Positions 1-13,544 are shown, numbered from the stretch's first letter. The stretch is 64,000 nucleotides of DNA from Prorocentrum cordatum (GCA_963575745.1 CAUYUJ010000230.1:1-64000); one strand, 5' to 3'. The notes: generated by a model from the letters alone, not told the origin. Translations and numbers: made by a program.

Positions 1-40
1 GTAGTAGTAGCAGTAGTAGTAGTAGTAGTAGTTGTAGAGC

Positions 41-112
<72 letters not shown>

Positions 113-134
113 CGTCCTAGTAGTAGTAGTTGTA

Positions 135-166
<32 letters not shown>

Positions 167-174
167 ATTATTAT

Positions 175-219
<45 letters not shown>

Positions 220-224
220 GAGTA

Positions 225-283
<59 letters not shown>

Positions 284-520
284 CGTCGTATTAGTAGTCG
301 TACTAGTCGTACTAGTCGTAGTAGACGTAGTAGTCGTAGTAGTCGTCGTCATAGTAGTAGTCTTAGTAGTAGTGATGGTGACGATGCTGATGCTAATTAT
401 GAGGGCGCTGATCATGATGATGGTGGTGATGATGATGATTGATTGGATAATCCGGCGGGTGCTGCTGATGATGTAGTCGATAATGATGGTGGTGACGAAG
501 ATGAGGGTGTCGAGGATGAC
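1..520. repeat. (TAG/GTA)n microsatellite grading into degenerate (GTC)n/(GAT)n
   Basis: Direct trinucleotide periodicity. Confidence 0.95.
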
Positions 521-659
521 CAGTGAGACACACGAGCGATGTTGCAATCTTTTTTTTCTAATTTTATTACTCATAGGGTCTCACAATAATCTACATTCAA
601 CGCGGGAGGTTGCCCATTAGAATTCAGCCGTCAGAACTTCCTCATTCGTGCCGAAACAG

Positions 660-1010
660 GAAGCTTGGAACTTCAAGGCCGCGGAACAAAGTGACTGTTG
701 CGTCCTGACAGTTCTACATCGCGCCAGAAAACTGTTCGTGTCATTTCAAAAACGCGGATGCACGTGACTGTAGCGCCCTCGCAATCCTGAATCGTTCCTG
801 AAACCGTTCGTGTGATTTGAACATACGAATCCTGGACGCCGTCACACTTTCAGACGAGTGCGCGCGGCGCCAAAGCGAAAGTTTGGGCGCCAATGCGATC
901 ACCACAGGAGAGTCCGCCTTCTGTCCTTGAAACTGTTTCAAACTTTTAAGACGAACGCGCGCGGCGCTAAGGCAAGGGCCACATTGTGAAAACGAGCCGC
1001 CCTACATCCG
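660..1010 (+). repeat. Dispersed repeat copy, same family as 22265-22570
   Basis: Shared blocks GTGACTGTTGCGTCCTG and GCGCGGCGCTAAGGC...GCCACATT in both places. Confidence 0.7.
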
Positions 1011-1189
1011 TCACGTTGTTACAAATTTCAAAGTTCAGGATCATACATGCGAAACGCTCGGGCCGACCTTCCGACAAGGCTGGGATCGCGACGGGGAAGA
1101 GTTGCTAATACGAAAAAGGGATTGACGATGGTGATGACCACGGCCACGTTGACTGATGGTGATGGTGATGATTCTTATGACGAGGAGGG

Positions 1190-1820
1190 TGTGCAAAACG
1201 AGGAGGACACAGGAGGAAAAACATGAGGAGGAGGAGGAGGAAGAGGCGGAAGAGCAGAAGAAGAAGGAGGAGGGAGGAGGAGGAGAAGGGGGGGAGGAGG
1301 GGGAGGAGGGAGGAGGAGGAGGAGAGAGGAGGAGGAGGAGGAGGAGGAGGAGGGGACCAGGGAAGAGGGGAGGAAGCATGACAAATGGAGGAAACAAGTC
1401 GAGGAGTTGGAGGAGGAGGAGGAGGAGGAGGAGGAGGAGGAGAGGAAGATGAGGAGGAAGATGAGGAGGGGGGGGGGGGGAGGGGAGGGAGGGAGTGGAG
1501 GGAGGGAGGGAGGAGGCGCGGGACGGGAGAGGGCCCGCCCGCCCTGGCCGCCCCAGGACCCTGCGGAGGCGCACCCCGGGGAGCGCAAGGCGGGCCCAGC
1601 GGCCCCCCGCGGCCCGGCCCCCCGTGGCCCTGTGGCGCCCCGCGGCCCTGCCCCCAATGGCCCGGCAGCGCCCCGCGGCCCAGCCCCCCCGGGCCCTGAG
1701 GCCCGAGGGGGGAGCATATCGCACAGACACAGGAGGGGGGAGGAGCGGAGGGAGGGAGGGGTGGTTGGGGGGGAGGGAGGGCGGGAGGAGGGAGGGAGGG
1801 AGGGACGGTTGGGGGGAGGG
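1190..1820. repeat. (GGA)n/poly-purine low-complexity tract with GC-rich CCCCGCGGC repeats
   Basis: Direct inspection. Confidence 0.9.
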
Positions 1821-2799
1821 AGGCGTTCGGAGGTCCGCGCGGGTCTCTTGGATCGGTGCTGGGCTGCCTGGCGGCGCCTCTGGCGCCGCCCCTGGAGCGC
1901 CCCGCGCACCAGGGGAGGACGGGTCCATCGCCGTCTCAGGAACGCCGCGCGGACCCACGAACGCTTTTCTGCATATGCAACTTTTTCCCTCTCCGAGAGG
2001 ACCCTCGCGGCCAGGCCCCTCGCTGCCCGGCCCCTCGCAGCGACGGGGGCAAGGCGCATACCGCCCACAACTGGGAGGAGGCTGTGGTCCTTATCCAGCC
2101 CCCCTGGGCGGCACCCCTGTCGGGGTTGACACCTAGAGGGGAAAGATATACATTGGTGTCTCGCGTCGAGAAGCCGTGCGCTTTTCTTTAAGGTACCTTG
2201 CCTGGGGCAGTGGATATGTCTGGATCCCGTCGCGTTGCATCCTGACGTAGCCGATGCATTGCCGACGCATCGCCGCTACATCGGCGACCCAGGTCGATCC
2301 TCCGGCTCCACCTGCTCGGACTCCGCCTTGGTCGCCTCCAGGCACCTTTCGGGTTGGCGCCCGTGATATCTCGTGCGTTCATGGGTGCTGCTGTGTCAGG
2401 GCAGATCGCGCTGTACATCGATCGGCGCCTCCTGGATCGAAGAACGAAATTGCGTAGCATGAACTTTCGGAGCACCGCGCGGCTCTGTTAGGTCGGCGCT
2501 AGACCCCTCCCATTGACGGCGCTTCCAGCGCCGGCACCCTGGCGCTTTCCGTGCGACAAGGGAGGGGGGCCTAGCGCCGACCCGAGAATTCTGCGCGGAC
2601 CTCTGATGGGCTCATCGGCTTCGATTTCATCGACCCTGTGTTTAATCCCATTTCGGATCTGCCTAAAGGGTTTTTTCTTTGTGCAGAAACCAGTGAGTGC
2701 GACGTGAGGCCTTCCCTGGTTTCTTCGTTTTGGTTCCTCGGGGTTCCTCAGTATCCTCGGGTTCCTCAAATAATGCATTCCCCTGGTCCTGTGGGTTCC

Positions 2800-3160
2800 T
2801 TAAGCAATGCCAAGCGATGCCAAGCTTCGCGAAGAAGTGCCAAGCAATGCCAAGCAATGCAAATCAAGTACTTGCGATGCCAAAAGTTGCAAGGCTTTGC
2901 AAAGCAATGCCAAGTCATGCCAAGCAATCTCAAGTAATGCCACGCCATGCCAAGCAATGCCAAGCCATGACAGTCAGTGGCAAGCAAAGCCAAGCAACTT
3001 CAAGCGAGACCAAACACTGCGAAGCAATGTCTAGCAACGCCAAACAGTGAAAAGCAATGCCAAGCAATGGCAAAGCAAAGCAATGCCAAACCATGCCAAG
3101 CAGCGCCAAACAGTGAAAAGCAGCGAATCAATACCACACCATGCCAAGTAATGCCAAGCG
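2800..3160. repeat. Degenerate 10-bp tandem repeat (AAGCAATGCC)n
   Basis: Recurring aagcaatgcc/caagccatgc units. Confidence 0.85.
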
Positions 3161-3504
3161 GTGCTTTGCATTGCATTGCTTCGCATTGCTCAGAAACGCT
3201 GCCTTGGAAGGAAGAGTCGCGCTGTGTTCATTAGTTTTTTTTTTTCCTGGGGGTCCCATCGGCGTCCACACCCCTGCCCGAGGGGGGTAAAGGAATGCAG
3301 CTCCCTCAGTTGTCGACGGTCGGAGGCAGCGGAGGTAGCGGAGGACGGATCCACTCCCAGCCGGCCATCGGAGTCCCTCGCGGCGGAGAATGTCAAGAAG
3401 GGGACCTCCAAGGCCCAGCCTGCGGGGGGAGGGTGCATACGGATCGGGGTTGCCAAAGGCGTTCTTGGACCAAGGTGTCCCCTGCCAGGGTTCATTTCAT
3501 TTCG

Positions 3505-3690
3505 TTCCGATCGGTCCGATTCGATGCCGAGTTTCACCCGGCTCGATCCGATTCGAATTCGATTTCCTGGCGATCCGATGCGGCCCGATGCTTGCATGGT
3601 GTCGTTGTGCTTCTTGACCCAGCCGATCCGATTCGATTCTGATTTCGTGCCGATGCGGCCCGATCCGACCCACGCTCCGACTCGCGCCGA
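3505..3690. repeat. Degenerate pentamer repeat (CCGAT/TCGAT)n
   Basis: Direct inspection. Confidence 0.7.
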
Positions 3691-4109
3691 CTTCCCAATT
3701 CTATGCTGACTGATCTTGTCCTCTTGGCCTCGTGTCGGGTGCTCTGGAGGCCATCAATGCACCCTTGGGAAGGCTGGTGCCTCCCTGGACCAGGGTCACC
3801 TTTGGCAACACCTCTGGACCTTGGGGGTTGGGAGCACCGATCGACCCAGGAAGTCGATCTCCCAGCGCCCTGAACATCCGAAGAAAGAACTACATACACA
3901 TAACCAAGCTTTCAGAGGTCCGCGTGGATTTCTTTAAATCGGCGCTGGACCCCGCTTCTGGCGCGCGGAGCGCCCCAGGGGCGGCTCCAGAGGCTGCCAG
4001 GGAGGGTTCATCGCCGATCCAAGAAGCCCCCGCAGACCTCCGACAATTTTTCCCCAACCAGTGCTTCCACTTAGGGCTTTGGGGTTCTTGCTTAGGTTTT
4101 GGGTAAGTG

Positions 4110-4650
4110 TGTGGGTGTGTCGGGGTTTCGCCTTGTTGCCGCCCGTCCCCGCTCGTGGGCGCCTCGTGGGCGCCTTATGCGCTGTGTGTGTGTGTATGTT
4201 TATGTGTGTACGTTTATACACATATATATATACATATATATATATGTATGTGTGTGTGTGTGTGTGTGTGGGAGTGTGCGTGCGTGTATCTGTGTCGGGG
4301 TTTCGCCGCGTTGCCGCCCGTCCGTGCTCATAGGCGCCTCGCGGGCGCCTGGTGGGCGCCGCGCGTCATGGATGGTGTGTCGGGGTTTTGTCACTTTGCC
4401 GCCCGTCGCCGATCGTCGGCGCCTCCTGGCCGCCTTGTGTGCTGGGTGGGTTTGTCGGGGTCTCGCCATGTTGCCGCCTGTCCCCGCTCGTGGGCTCCTC
4501 GTGGGCTCCTCGTGGGCTCCTCGTGTGCTGTGTGAGTGTGGCGAAGTCTCGCCACGTTGCCGCCCGTCGCTGCCCGTCAGCGCCTCGTGGGGCGCCCCGT
4601 GCGCTGGGTGGATGTGCCGAGGTTCCGTCTGGTGGCCGCCCTGTTTCCGC
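4110..4650. repeat. Degenerate tandem repeat (GTGTCGGGGTTTCGCC...GCCGCCCGTC...CGTGGGCGCC) with internal (TG)n/(TA)n
   Basis: Unit recurs about 5 times. Confidence 0.75.
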
Positions 4651-5194
4651 CTTGCGGGCGCCACGGGCTTACACCACATACCACATAGCTTGCACCACAT
4701 AGCTTGCACCCCACAGCTTACGACACCTTGCACCACCTATTTTTTTACCACGTAGATCGAGTCGCCGAGCTTACACCACATATATGAGACACCGTCGGTT
4801 CCACATTCACAGTGCAACTGTTCACTGTTTGAGGGCCCTGCTGGCAAATTTTTCAAACAAGCAAGCAAGTTCAGATCGAACAAAAGGCGGTAAAGCTTCG
4901 CAGGCTTTCGAGTTGTTTTTGGTTGGGGTTCTTGGAGGTTTTGGGCCCCCAGGGCGTGTCCAGGCAGCTACGCCCAGCCGAGAGCCTCGCTGGGACGCTG
5001 GACTCGTCTCGAACGGACTCACGCCGGTCATGCAGAGAATGCTCACCCAGAGAAGTCGACAGGAATTCTAGACGCTTCGCTTGGGTGGACAATTGGGGAA
5101 GGACTGCCAGACGAAAGCACAGCTGAATCCGTAAAAGGAAGCAACACAGTCCTCTGTACCAGCTGGATTGAAGTACGGTGTGGGAAGTCACGGC

Positions 5195-6790
5195 GGGACG
5201 GCGGAGGCTGTGGTCAACACCGCGTCGGAGGTAACACGCGGTGTGGGTGACGAATCGTCTGGTCCCCCCAGGTGCGGTCGCCAAAGTCAAGCAAAAGAAT
5301 ACTGGGCTTCTTACTCTAGCGTATCCCCACCAGTTGGCCACGACCGTCGTGCCACGTCACGTGGTCACACCTTCCGTGCTTCCCCCTGGCGGTGCTGCTC
5401 TGGGCCTGTGTCAGCGCAGTCCCCCACCGCGGTTTGCGCTCTGTTCCCCCGCGGTCGCTGAGGACCCTCCGCCGCGCACGGTGGAAGGATCACGGTGGCC
5501 ACAGTTCCCACGGGCTGTACCAGCCGGCCTGTGGGATGGCGCGGGGTGTCTCGGCGGAGTCGGCGGGGGCTGCGGAAGCCGCGGAAATCCCCCCTTTGGG
5601 CGTGCCGTCCGACTTCTGTCCTCTGTCCCTGCCGGTCGGAGGATCGGGGTGGCTGGTCTCGGCGGCCGGCGGAGGCTGTGGTCAGCACTACGCCTGAGTC
5701 AACGCTGTGTGGGTGGCGCATCGTCTGGTCCCCCCAGGAGCGGTCACAATAGGCAAGAAAAGAATCCTGGTCTCCTTCACGCTTGCGTATCCCCACCAGC
5801 ACACACGGGCAGTCCCCCTCTGAGGTCTGGCGCTTTGTTCCACACCGCGGTCGCAGTGGACCCTCCGCAGCGCATTGTGGAGGGATCACAGATGCCACAG
5901 TCCACGTCCCGTGGTCACACCTCGCGTGCTTCCCCCAGTCGGTGATGCTATGGGCATGTGACAGCGCTGTCCCCCACAGAGGTCTGGCGCCCCGTTCCCC
6001 CCGCGGCCGCAGAGGACCCTCCGCAGCGCACGGTGGAGGGATCACAGAGGCCCCAGCACTCATCGGAGGTAACACGCTGTGTGGGCGTCGAGCGGTCTGG
6101 TCCCCCCAGGGGCGGTCGCAACGGGCGTGCATAAAACGCTTACTGTTGGGTCCACATCGGCCACTGTCTCCACAATGCCCACTGGCATCGCCACTCTCCC
6201 TTCCTCCTTTCCTTTTCTGGACTTGCGGCTATCGGCTGCGCCTCTTCTCCTCCTCCCCCACACTCACACTGACGTGGCGTACTGCGCCACTCGGTTTCCC
6301 CCCATCGTGGCGTTCACGTGCAGGTTCCTGAGGTGGTCACCCCTATCCATGCAGGGGGGCCAAGTCCACCCGCTGGCACCTGAGGGTGGGCCTGGGGAAG
6401 CGGGCTTCCTGTACAAGTGGTCCATCCTTTGACAGGTCACTGCCTTTCCCCCCTCAAGTTCACAACTCTTGCAACGCACATTGTTGGGTTCACTGAGGTC
6501 CCCGTCGCCACAAGGCCCACTGGCTTTGCCCCTCTCCCCTCCTCCTTTAATTTACCTGGCTTGCGGCTATCGGCTGCGCCTTTCCTCCCCCTCCTCCACG
6601 CACACTGTTGTGGTATACCACGCCACTCGGCTTACCCCCATCGTGGCAACGTTCACGTGCATGTTCCGAGGTGGTCACCCCTATCCCAGCGGCGGGGTGC
6701 GATCACCCGCTGGCACCGGTGGGTGGGCCTGGGGTGGCAGGATTCCTGTGCAAGTGGTCCATCCTTTGGCAGGTCACAGCCTTCCCATGT
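5195..6790. repeat. Diverged direct repeats: three copies anchored on GTGTGGG..TCTGGTCCCCCAGG (~5241, 5707, 6078) and a duplicated segment at ~6175-6450 / ~6515-6790
   Basis: Shared blocks such as CTTGCGGCTATCGGCTGCGCCT, GAGGTGGTCACCCCTATCC and CAAGTGGTCCATCCTTTG occur twice. Confidence 0.75.
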
Positions 6791-7599
6791 CAGGCCCGTC
6801 CCTCCGGCCCCTGGCTTCGCTTGCGACATCGCCCCCGTCCTCTGGACGGACATGTTGCTCGCGTACGCTAACGACGCCAGAGACCGTTATCACGGTGCAC
6901 GGCGCACGAGGCCCACGGCAACCCAGCGGTCCTTCCACGGGCAGGTCCGCAGGCCTCCCGCTGAGTGGTGCAGCGGTGGTACCACGCAGCGTTTCCCCCC
7001 ATCCACAGTGGCAAGGAAGTTGCAGGCTGGGACTCTGACGACAAGGCTGCCGACTCCTGTCAAGGTTCGACGCGCCTGTCCTCGAGCACCTCAGGTGCTC
7101 TGTGAGTGAGGCTTCCTTCCTTCCCCCTCCCCTCGTCGCCTCCTGCGCCTCTTCGCCTCCTGCGCCTGTTTCCCCTTCTGTCCTCCTCGCCGCGTTTGGC
7201 GGTGCCTTTTCTCGAGCTCTGTGCCGCCCGCGCAGCGTTCCCGCCTTCTCGCAGGCTTGGTCTGTGGGGGCTGGCGCCACAGTGCGACCTTCCGCCGGCT
7301 TTTCCAGTCTGCTGCCGCCTTCCGTTCCCGGGTCGGCTCTAATGAGGTTCGTTGTGTCCCTCGCACGTGCATTGCGGCGTTGGCCTATGTGCCTTCGTTG
7401 CCAATCGTCTCGCGTTGCGCCCCTGTCGAGATTTACCCGGTCTTTGGAACCGTCCTTGGAGCCGCAGATCAACAAAAACGTACCCCCGCCAGCTGCTCTT
7501 GCCGCCTGACCGTCGTCTCGCGGCCGCGACCGAAAAAAATATCCCTGCCAGCCCATCCAGAAACGGCGCCTAGGCGAGTAGAGGGCCGTCCTGCGGGAC

Positions 7600-9000
7600 T
7601 CTTGGGCGTCCTGGGGGCCTCGGGGAGGCCCCCTGGGGCCGCTTGGGGTCCTCTTGGGGGCCTCTTGGAGGCCTCTTGGGGCCATCATGGGGCCATCATG
7701 GGGCCATCTTGGGGCCTCTTGGGGCCTCCTGGGCGCCTCTTGGGGCCATATTGGAGGAAATCTAGCAAAAAAGGAGGGGCGCGAATTAGGGCCCCCCCCC
7801 CGTCAGGGAGCCAACATGGGGCCAAATGGCGGTCGTCGGGGGCTCTTCGTCGTCTTGGGTACCTCGGGGGGCCTCTGGGCCGCTTGGGATCCTTTTGGGG
7901 GCCTCTTGGGGGCCCCTTGGGGGCCTCTCGGGGGCATCTTGGGGCCATCTTGGGACCTCTTGGGGCCTCTTGGGCGCTTCTTGGGGGGGGGGGGCCATCT
8001 TGGAGGATATCGATCAAATAAGAGGGGAGCTTTAATCAGGCCCCCCCCCTCAGGAGGACAAAATGGGGCCAACGCCATCGTAACACCAATGATTTTGGCT
8101 TCCTCGCCGAGGCCGTTTTGAAGGGCCCTGACACCTCGCGAAACCCCCCGTCCAGGTCCAGGGGGGTAGGGGGAGGGGTCAAGTTACCCCCTCGTGGGAT
8201 TTTGCACCGGTCTGTTCACCATTGTCGTTCGCATTCTATCGGTGCAGTACCCTGGCGGTTTCGCTAATCGACGTGTCTTTTGCCGAATGCGTTCGGTAAC
8301 ATTTGGACGCAGTAGAACTTTTCCGCACCCGTGGAATGCCCCCGGCAGCATTCATCGAAATGCGTTATGTTAGCGGAGCTTCTGTCAATCCTCGATTACG
8401 GCCAGATCGTCATGACAGGTTCAGGAAGATTGGTATTTTGAGTTTAAGCTTCGGTATGCTTCCCTCCTCGTCCCTCATCCGTAGCCGTTCCAGCACAGGC
8501 GGGCAGTCCTGTGCTTGCAAGCGCGCGCTTCAGAGCGGCTCGTGCGTGCGGGCCGCCCGGAATGCCACCAGCCTTCTGGGCGTCGGTGGTCGGTGGTTTA
8601 GGGAGTTTCCTCTTCCACCCCTCCTTCTTCCCCTTCGGGGAGGGGTGTACCACTCCCGCTACCTCCTCCCCTAGACCTGGATGGGGGGTTTCGCGAGGTG
8701 TCAGGGCGTCCAAAGCGGCCTCGGCGAGGAAGCCCAAATCATCGGTTTCATTATGGTTTTGGCCCCGTTTTGGCCTCCTGAGGGGGGGCTCTAATTAAAG
8801 CTTCCCTCTTGTTTGATCGATCTCCTCCAAGATGGCCCCAAGAAGCGCCCAGGAGGCCCCAAGAGGTCCCAAGATGGCCCCAAGATGGCTCCAAGAGGCC
8901 CCCAGAGGCCCCCAGGAGGCCCCCAAGAGACCCCCAAGAGGCCCCAAGAGACCCCCCAGAGGCACCCAACATGCTCCAAGAGGATTCGGCGAGAATGTCA
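7600..9000. repeat. Inverted pair of GGCCTCTTGG-family repeats around a ~450-bp spacer
   Basis: 7995-8165 is the reverse complement of ~8670-8835 (CCTCGCCGAGGCCG / CGGCCTCGGCGAGG; CCTGACACCTCGCGAAACCCCCC / GGGGGGTTTCGCGAGGTGTCAGG). Each arm continues into a 10-mer array of opposite orientation. Confidence 0.85.
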
Positions 9001-10657
9001 ATTCATTGATTTCACGAAGGTTTTAGCCACATGTTGGCCTCTTGGGGGGGCACTGATGAAGATGATTCCAAGAGCGCCTGGGAGAGCGCAGTATGACCTC
9101 CAAGATGGCTCAAGATATCCCAAGATGTCTCATAATGGCGTCTTCTGTGTGCTGCCCACTTCCCTGATCGAGGCAATTCCTCTGGGCATCGTTTCTGGAT
9201 AGGCTGGTGGGGATTTTTTTGGGTCAACAGGCTCGCGAGGCGGGTCGAAAGCCGTCCGAACACTAGTCGGGCCGCGACTAGGCAGCAGGAAAAGAGAGGA
9301 AAGCGAAGCGAGCGAGCGGGCAGCCACTCAGAAGGAGAGCCAAAACCGATACTCCCAAACCCGGTGGCGTTGGAAATCCCGGTGGCGACCAGCAAGTAAA
9401 CGCAGCCAAAATGGCGCGGCGGCGCGGCCATACACACGCAGGGGTTGATCGCTCGGTGTGAGTCAAGCAAACAGCACCGTCAGAGACGAACTAGACCGAC
9501 AGGCACACACGAGACGACATCCGTGAAGTAGGCGACACAAATGCCAAAACATCGTGTCGGCGCAAGAGTGAAGAGGTGCAACCTCATCACCGACAAGACT
9601 GCGCACGGCAGTAAAACCTGTAACACTTGTCGAAAAAGAAGTCCATGCAGGAGAAAGTCGGCCAACGAACGTACAGAGCCACACTTGCCGAACCCAAGGT
9701 CCAGGTACCGAAAGGTAGGCAGTATAGCGAGAGATCCACTGGAACCCTCCGGTCATCAGTAGGGGCCGACACCAGCCAGGAGCAGGCCAGGGGGCATCTG
9801 ACCTCATCGAGTGCGACGCAGCACCATTCCCTGTGTGAACCCTTGCATGAAATCCAGACCACCTGAACTCCATCAGGAAGCAGTATTGGGCAGCAGACCC
9901 CAGCCGCCAGGGAAGAACCCTGTGAAACAGGAGGGAGAGCACCCCGGTGCAACAGCTGCCGCTGTGGCGTAAGGATGCAGGAGGAGAGGGGGGGAAATGC
10001 ACGCCAGTCACGGTAGGCACCCCGGTGTGGCAGCTAACTGATGCTGCTGCTGCTGAGTCAGATGTCTCAACCATTTTTTGTTGAAGCAGCGCGTGCCGAC
10101 CCTGACCTCCCCATTTCCCTCAGTTGGTGGGGTGCGCGTGCACCAAGATAGTGCATTCTCTTGCCTGTCCGCGTCTTCCGAGGTTGAACCACGTGAGCTG
10201 ATTCGTCAACCCCCTCGTCATCTTCTCGCCCAGCCAGAGCTTCGGGCCCAGATCTCGGCGGACATCGGCTCCCAGCCATTCCCTCCCCGCGCATCCACCT
10301 CCCCCCCCCCCGACCGACGTACAGGAATGGCATACAAACTATGATTTTTGTATTTTTCGGCGGCGAGCCCAGGGAGGCAGTGAAAGGGGGCGGGCCTTCT
10401 CAGAAGGCTCGGAAGATCCCAGCTTTCTACGCAGTTTTCTAAGCCTCCCTTGAAGACAGAGACAACTTCTCAGAAGGCGCGCGGGCTTCTGAGAAGTCCA
10501 GCCGCCTTCTGAGAAGACCTTCTCCTTCCCCCCCTCGCTCGCCTCGGACTTTTGGCCGGTTGACGTGCACTGGTAACTTCGCTGTCGTGGTGCTCTTCTG
10601 AGGCGTCCCGCCCGTCCTGGGCCTCTGACGGGCCTTCTCCGCCCCCCCCCGCGCCAG

Positions 10658-10786
10658 GCGGAGACCTTCCGGGACGAAGCCGGCGAGAACCTCAAGGCAC
10701 AGATGGAGGCCGCGTCGACGGCCGGCGGGGTGGCGGAGATCGCGTTCGAGAACATAGACAGGCTGACGACGGAGGAGATCGCCGAG
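10658..10786 (+). CDS. Probable internal exon (43 codons, AETFRDEAGENLKAQMEAASTAGGVAEIAFENIDRLTTEEIAE) of an unidentified host gene
   Basis: Pyrimidine-rich tract plus CAG acceptor at 10655-10657; 129 bp open frame with strong GC3 bias; ends GAG|GCGGGC, a GC donor typical of dinoflagellates. No partner exon recognised. Confidence 0.55.
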
Positions 10787-13544
10787 GCGGGCGGGGGCGC
10801 CAGCGTGCCGCCCCCTCCCCGCCCTGCCCCAGCGCCACTCCTCGCTCGTCGTCGTCGTCGTTGTGCTGCGCTGCGCAGGGGACGAGAGAAGAGGGGGGCA
10901 ATTGGTCAGCCGGGTCTACAAGCGGCCCCGAATTGATTTTCCATCCAGGCCAGTCGAAACACGAACGCAGCCGCATGCAACATGAGCTAAGCTCCCCCTC
11001 GGGATCTGAGCTCCCTCCAGCTTCAGTGGGTCGGACGCTCGCTCTGCGCCTGACCATCTCCTTGAACCCCCCTAACCTTGATGCCCACGCATCATTGTCG
11101 AATGCCAGGGCACGGCCATGTGGATGCCTAGGGGTGCCACTACTGATGCCTGGGCATCCGGACGGGTATGCCTGCGCATGCTTCGAGGGATGCGTCGATG
11201 GACTTCTCTGGATGGAGCTGAGCGTAGCTGGGCATAGCAGATACATCAGCATCGACCTGGTGACGCCTAGGTCATAGACGTCGAGCTGGCAATGCCTCGG
11301 CACTGGCAGGACGGTGCGCAGGGTATGCATCGATTGCTCAAGCTACCAGGGCCAGTGGGCCGTGCCAACAAGACATACAGAGGGGGGGGGGGTATTGCCT
11401 CGCAGCGGCAGCTCGAAACGTGCCCCAGCTCCAACATTTAGTCAAAGTGGTGCTCCCGCTGCAGCGTGGGTTCCATTTTCGGGTCATCGCTGTGCTTCCG
11501 TCGTTCATACTGGCGCGCTTGCTCCAGCGAAGGCCCCTTTTCTGGGTCCCAGCCATTTTGTATCCTAATCGCCGCTCTCATTTCCCCTCGTCCGCCATCC
11601 CCTGGGCCTCCTGCTCCTCACACTCCTTCCACTCCAGTTCCTGCTGCTGCTGTTCGTCCTCCTCCTCCTTCCACATCCTCCTCCTTTTCCTCTTGCTCAT
11701 CCTCGTGCTCACCCGCCACCTCCTCTTCCTTCTCCTGTGCACGCATCTCCCAGTATTGCGCGTCATACGATGGTGTCTCCTTTAGAGTTTCCGTTCGGCC
11801 ACGACAAGCGTCCGGGGATAGAGACATAATCAGCGCAATTGGAAGGGATGGGAGGGAGGGATAGGATGTCAGATATGGCGCCAGCACGCCTAGCTTGCCA
11901 TTCCCCCTTTCTTCACTCGCCTCATTCCTTCCCTTCATGCCCCCTCCTCGTCACCCCGTCTGCCTTTTTGTTTTCCTCCTCCTCCTTCTCCCACCCTCTC
12001 GCTTTCCCCCGCTTCCTCCTCCTTCCGCGTTGTCGTCGTGCTCCGTCATCGTTGACCCCGACCCCCGACCCCATTACCCTTCCGCCCTTTGCCTTTCTCC
12101 ACCTTCGCAATTACCAGAGGAGCAAGATCTCATGATAATGATGCGTTCAAATTTGTCGATGTTATCCTGAGGATTCGCGCAGCTAGTCGCTCTAGAACTC
12201 CTGAACCTATCTTTAGCCAATCGTCTGATGGCACCACTGCCGCCCTGAAACCACTCAGCCTGAGTGATACTCTCCTGTGTCCCCTGGTGCCCCCACCCCT
12301 CCCACGTTTCCGTTTTTTTTTCACACCTCCGGTCCATGTCCTGGCTCTTTGGCTTCCCCCTCCTCTTCCTCTCTCTCATCTTCTCCGTCGCCTCCCTCCT
12401 CTCTCTCCCCTTGCGTGCCTGGTGCGTGCGAAGTTGCATGGCCAGCTCGCGCAGCCTTGTGAAGTCCTCGCGACCGCAACAGTGCAATCTGGCCGAGGTC
12501 CCAGGCTACAGCTCCGCCGTTTTACCGCTGGAGATGGGTCGGGATTTGTGACGGGGATGGCCAGCGACCCTCACCACAAACACGAGTTGATCTATGGTGC
12601 TCGCTTTTTTTCTGTCGAAGGCTTCTTGGTCCTTCAAAGTCGGTGCCCCCCGCTTCAACTTTGGCCGCATTTTAGGATCGGTGCTTTGCTCCCGCCGCTG
12701 AGATTCGCTCTCTCGCACCTGCGCGGGCCGTACTTGGGATCTGATTCCCTCCTTCCTCGTCGCTGCCGTCTCCCTCCATTCTCCTCTTCCGCCTTCCCCT
12801 GGCCTTTCTGCTTCTTCTGCTCTTCCTCCCCCTGGCCCTTCTGCTTCTCCTTACCCCCCGCGGACGACTTGTGTGCACCGCACCACGTTGGCGCCTCCTG
12901 AGGCGTCGTCGGTTCTCGACCCAGAGGATTGGTACGGTGCAGAGCTGTTCGCCCCCCCCCCCCCCAGAGCCGAACACATTATGCATCGTACCGCTCTGGA
13001 GCGGGGCCGGGACGGGAGCCTAGACAGGGAACGGTACGTGGGTGCCGTTCTCGTACCCCCCTTTTCACCCTGTGCCAGGGGGCAGGCGCGAAACCGTGGA
13101 ACCGGTACCACGTCTGGCGCGCCTGGTACGCGAGCTCGGCCCTCAATCCGTGGGGGTAGCGTCTGCGCCGCCGCGCTCCCACCGTCGGCTGCTACAGTCG
13201 AGACTCTGAGATCTTGGAGTCCCTTGGAGACCGCAAGCGAGCAGAAGCGCTCCTCTGGCTGTTTTCACGTCTTCTCCCGCACACCACCCCCGCCACCACC
13301 ACCACCTCGATTGGTGGAGGGGATGGGGTGAGAAGCCTTTGAGATGACTCTGGGAAGCCTTCGGGAACCCTCGTTGAAGCCTGTGCGGAACCTTTGGGGA
13401 GCTCCTGATAGGCCTGGACTTGTGTGTGCGCGTTTCGTCAACCGCTCCAGGCCATCCTCCTCTTCTTTATCCAGCTGCCTACGGCAAGTCTCGCCCCCGT
13501 GCTTGGTTTGTGGGTATGAAGCCTATTGGATGTTTGTTGGCATT

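Noticed and set aside
9404..9415. 12-nt SL core (GCCATTTTGGCT) on the minus strand
   Set aside because: Short, flanks do not match, and no recognisable ORF follows.
10900..12900. Possible decayed minus-strand retroelement ORF1/endonuclease
   Set aside because: Charged low-complexity peptides only; no diagnostic motif found.
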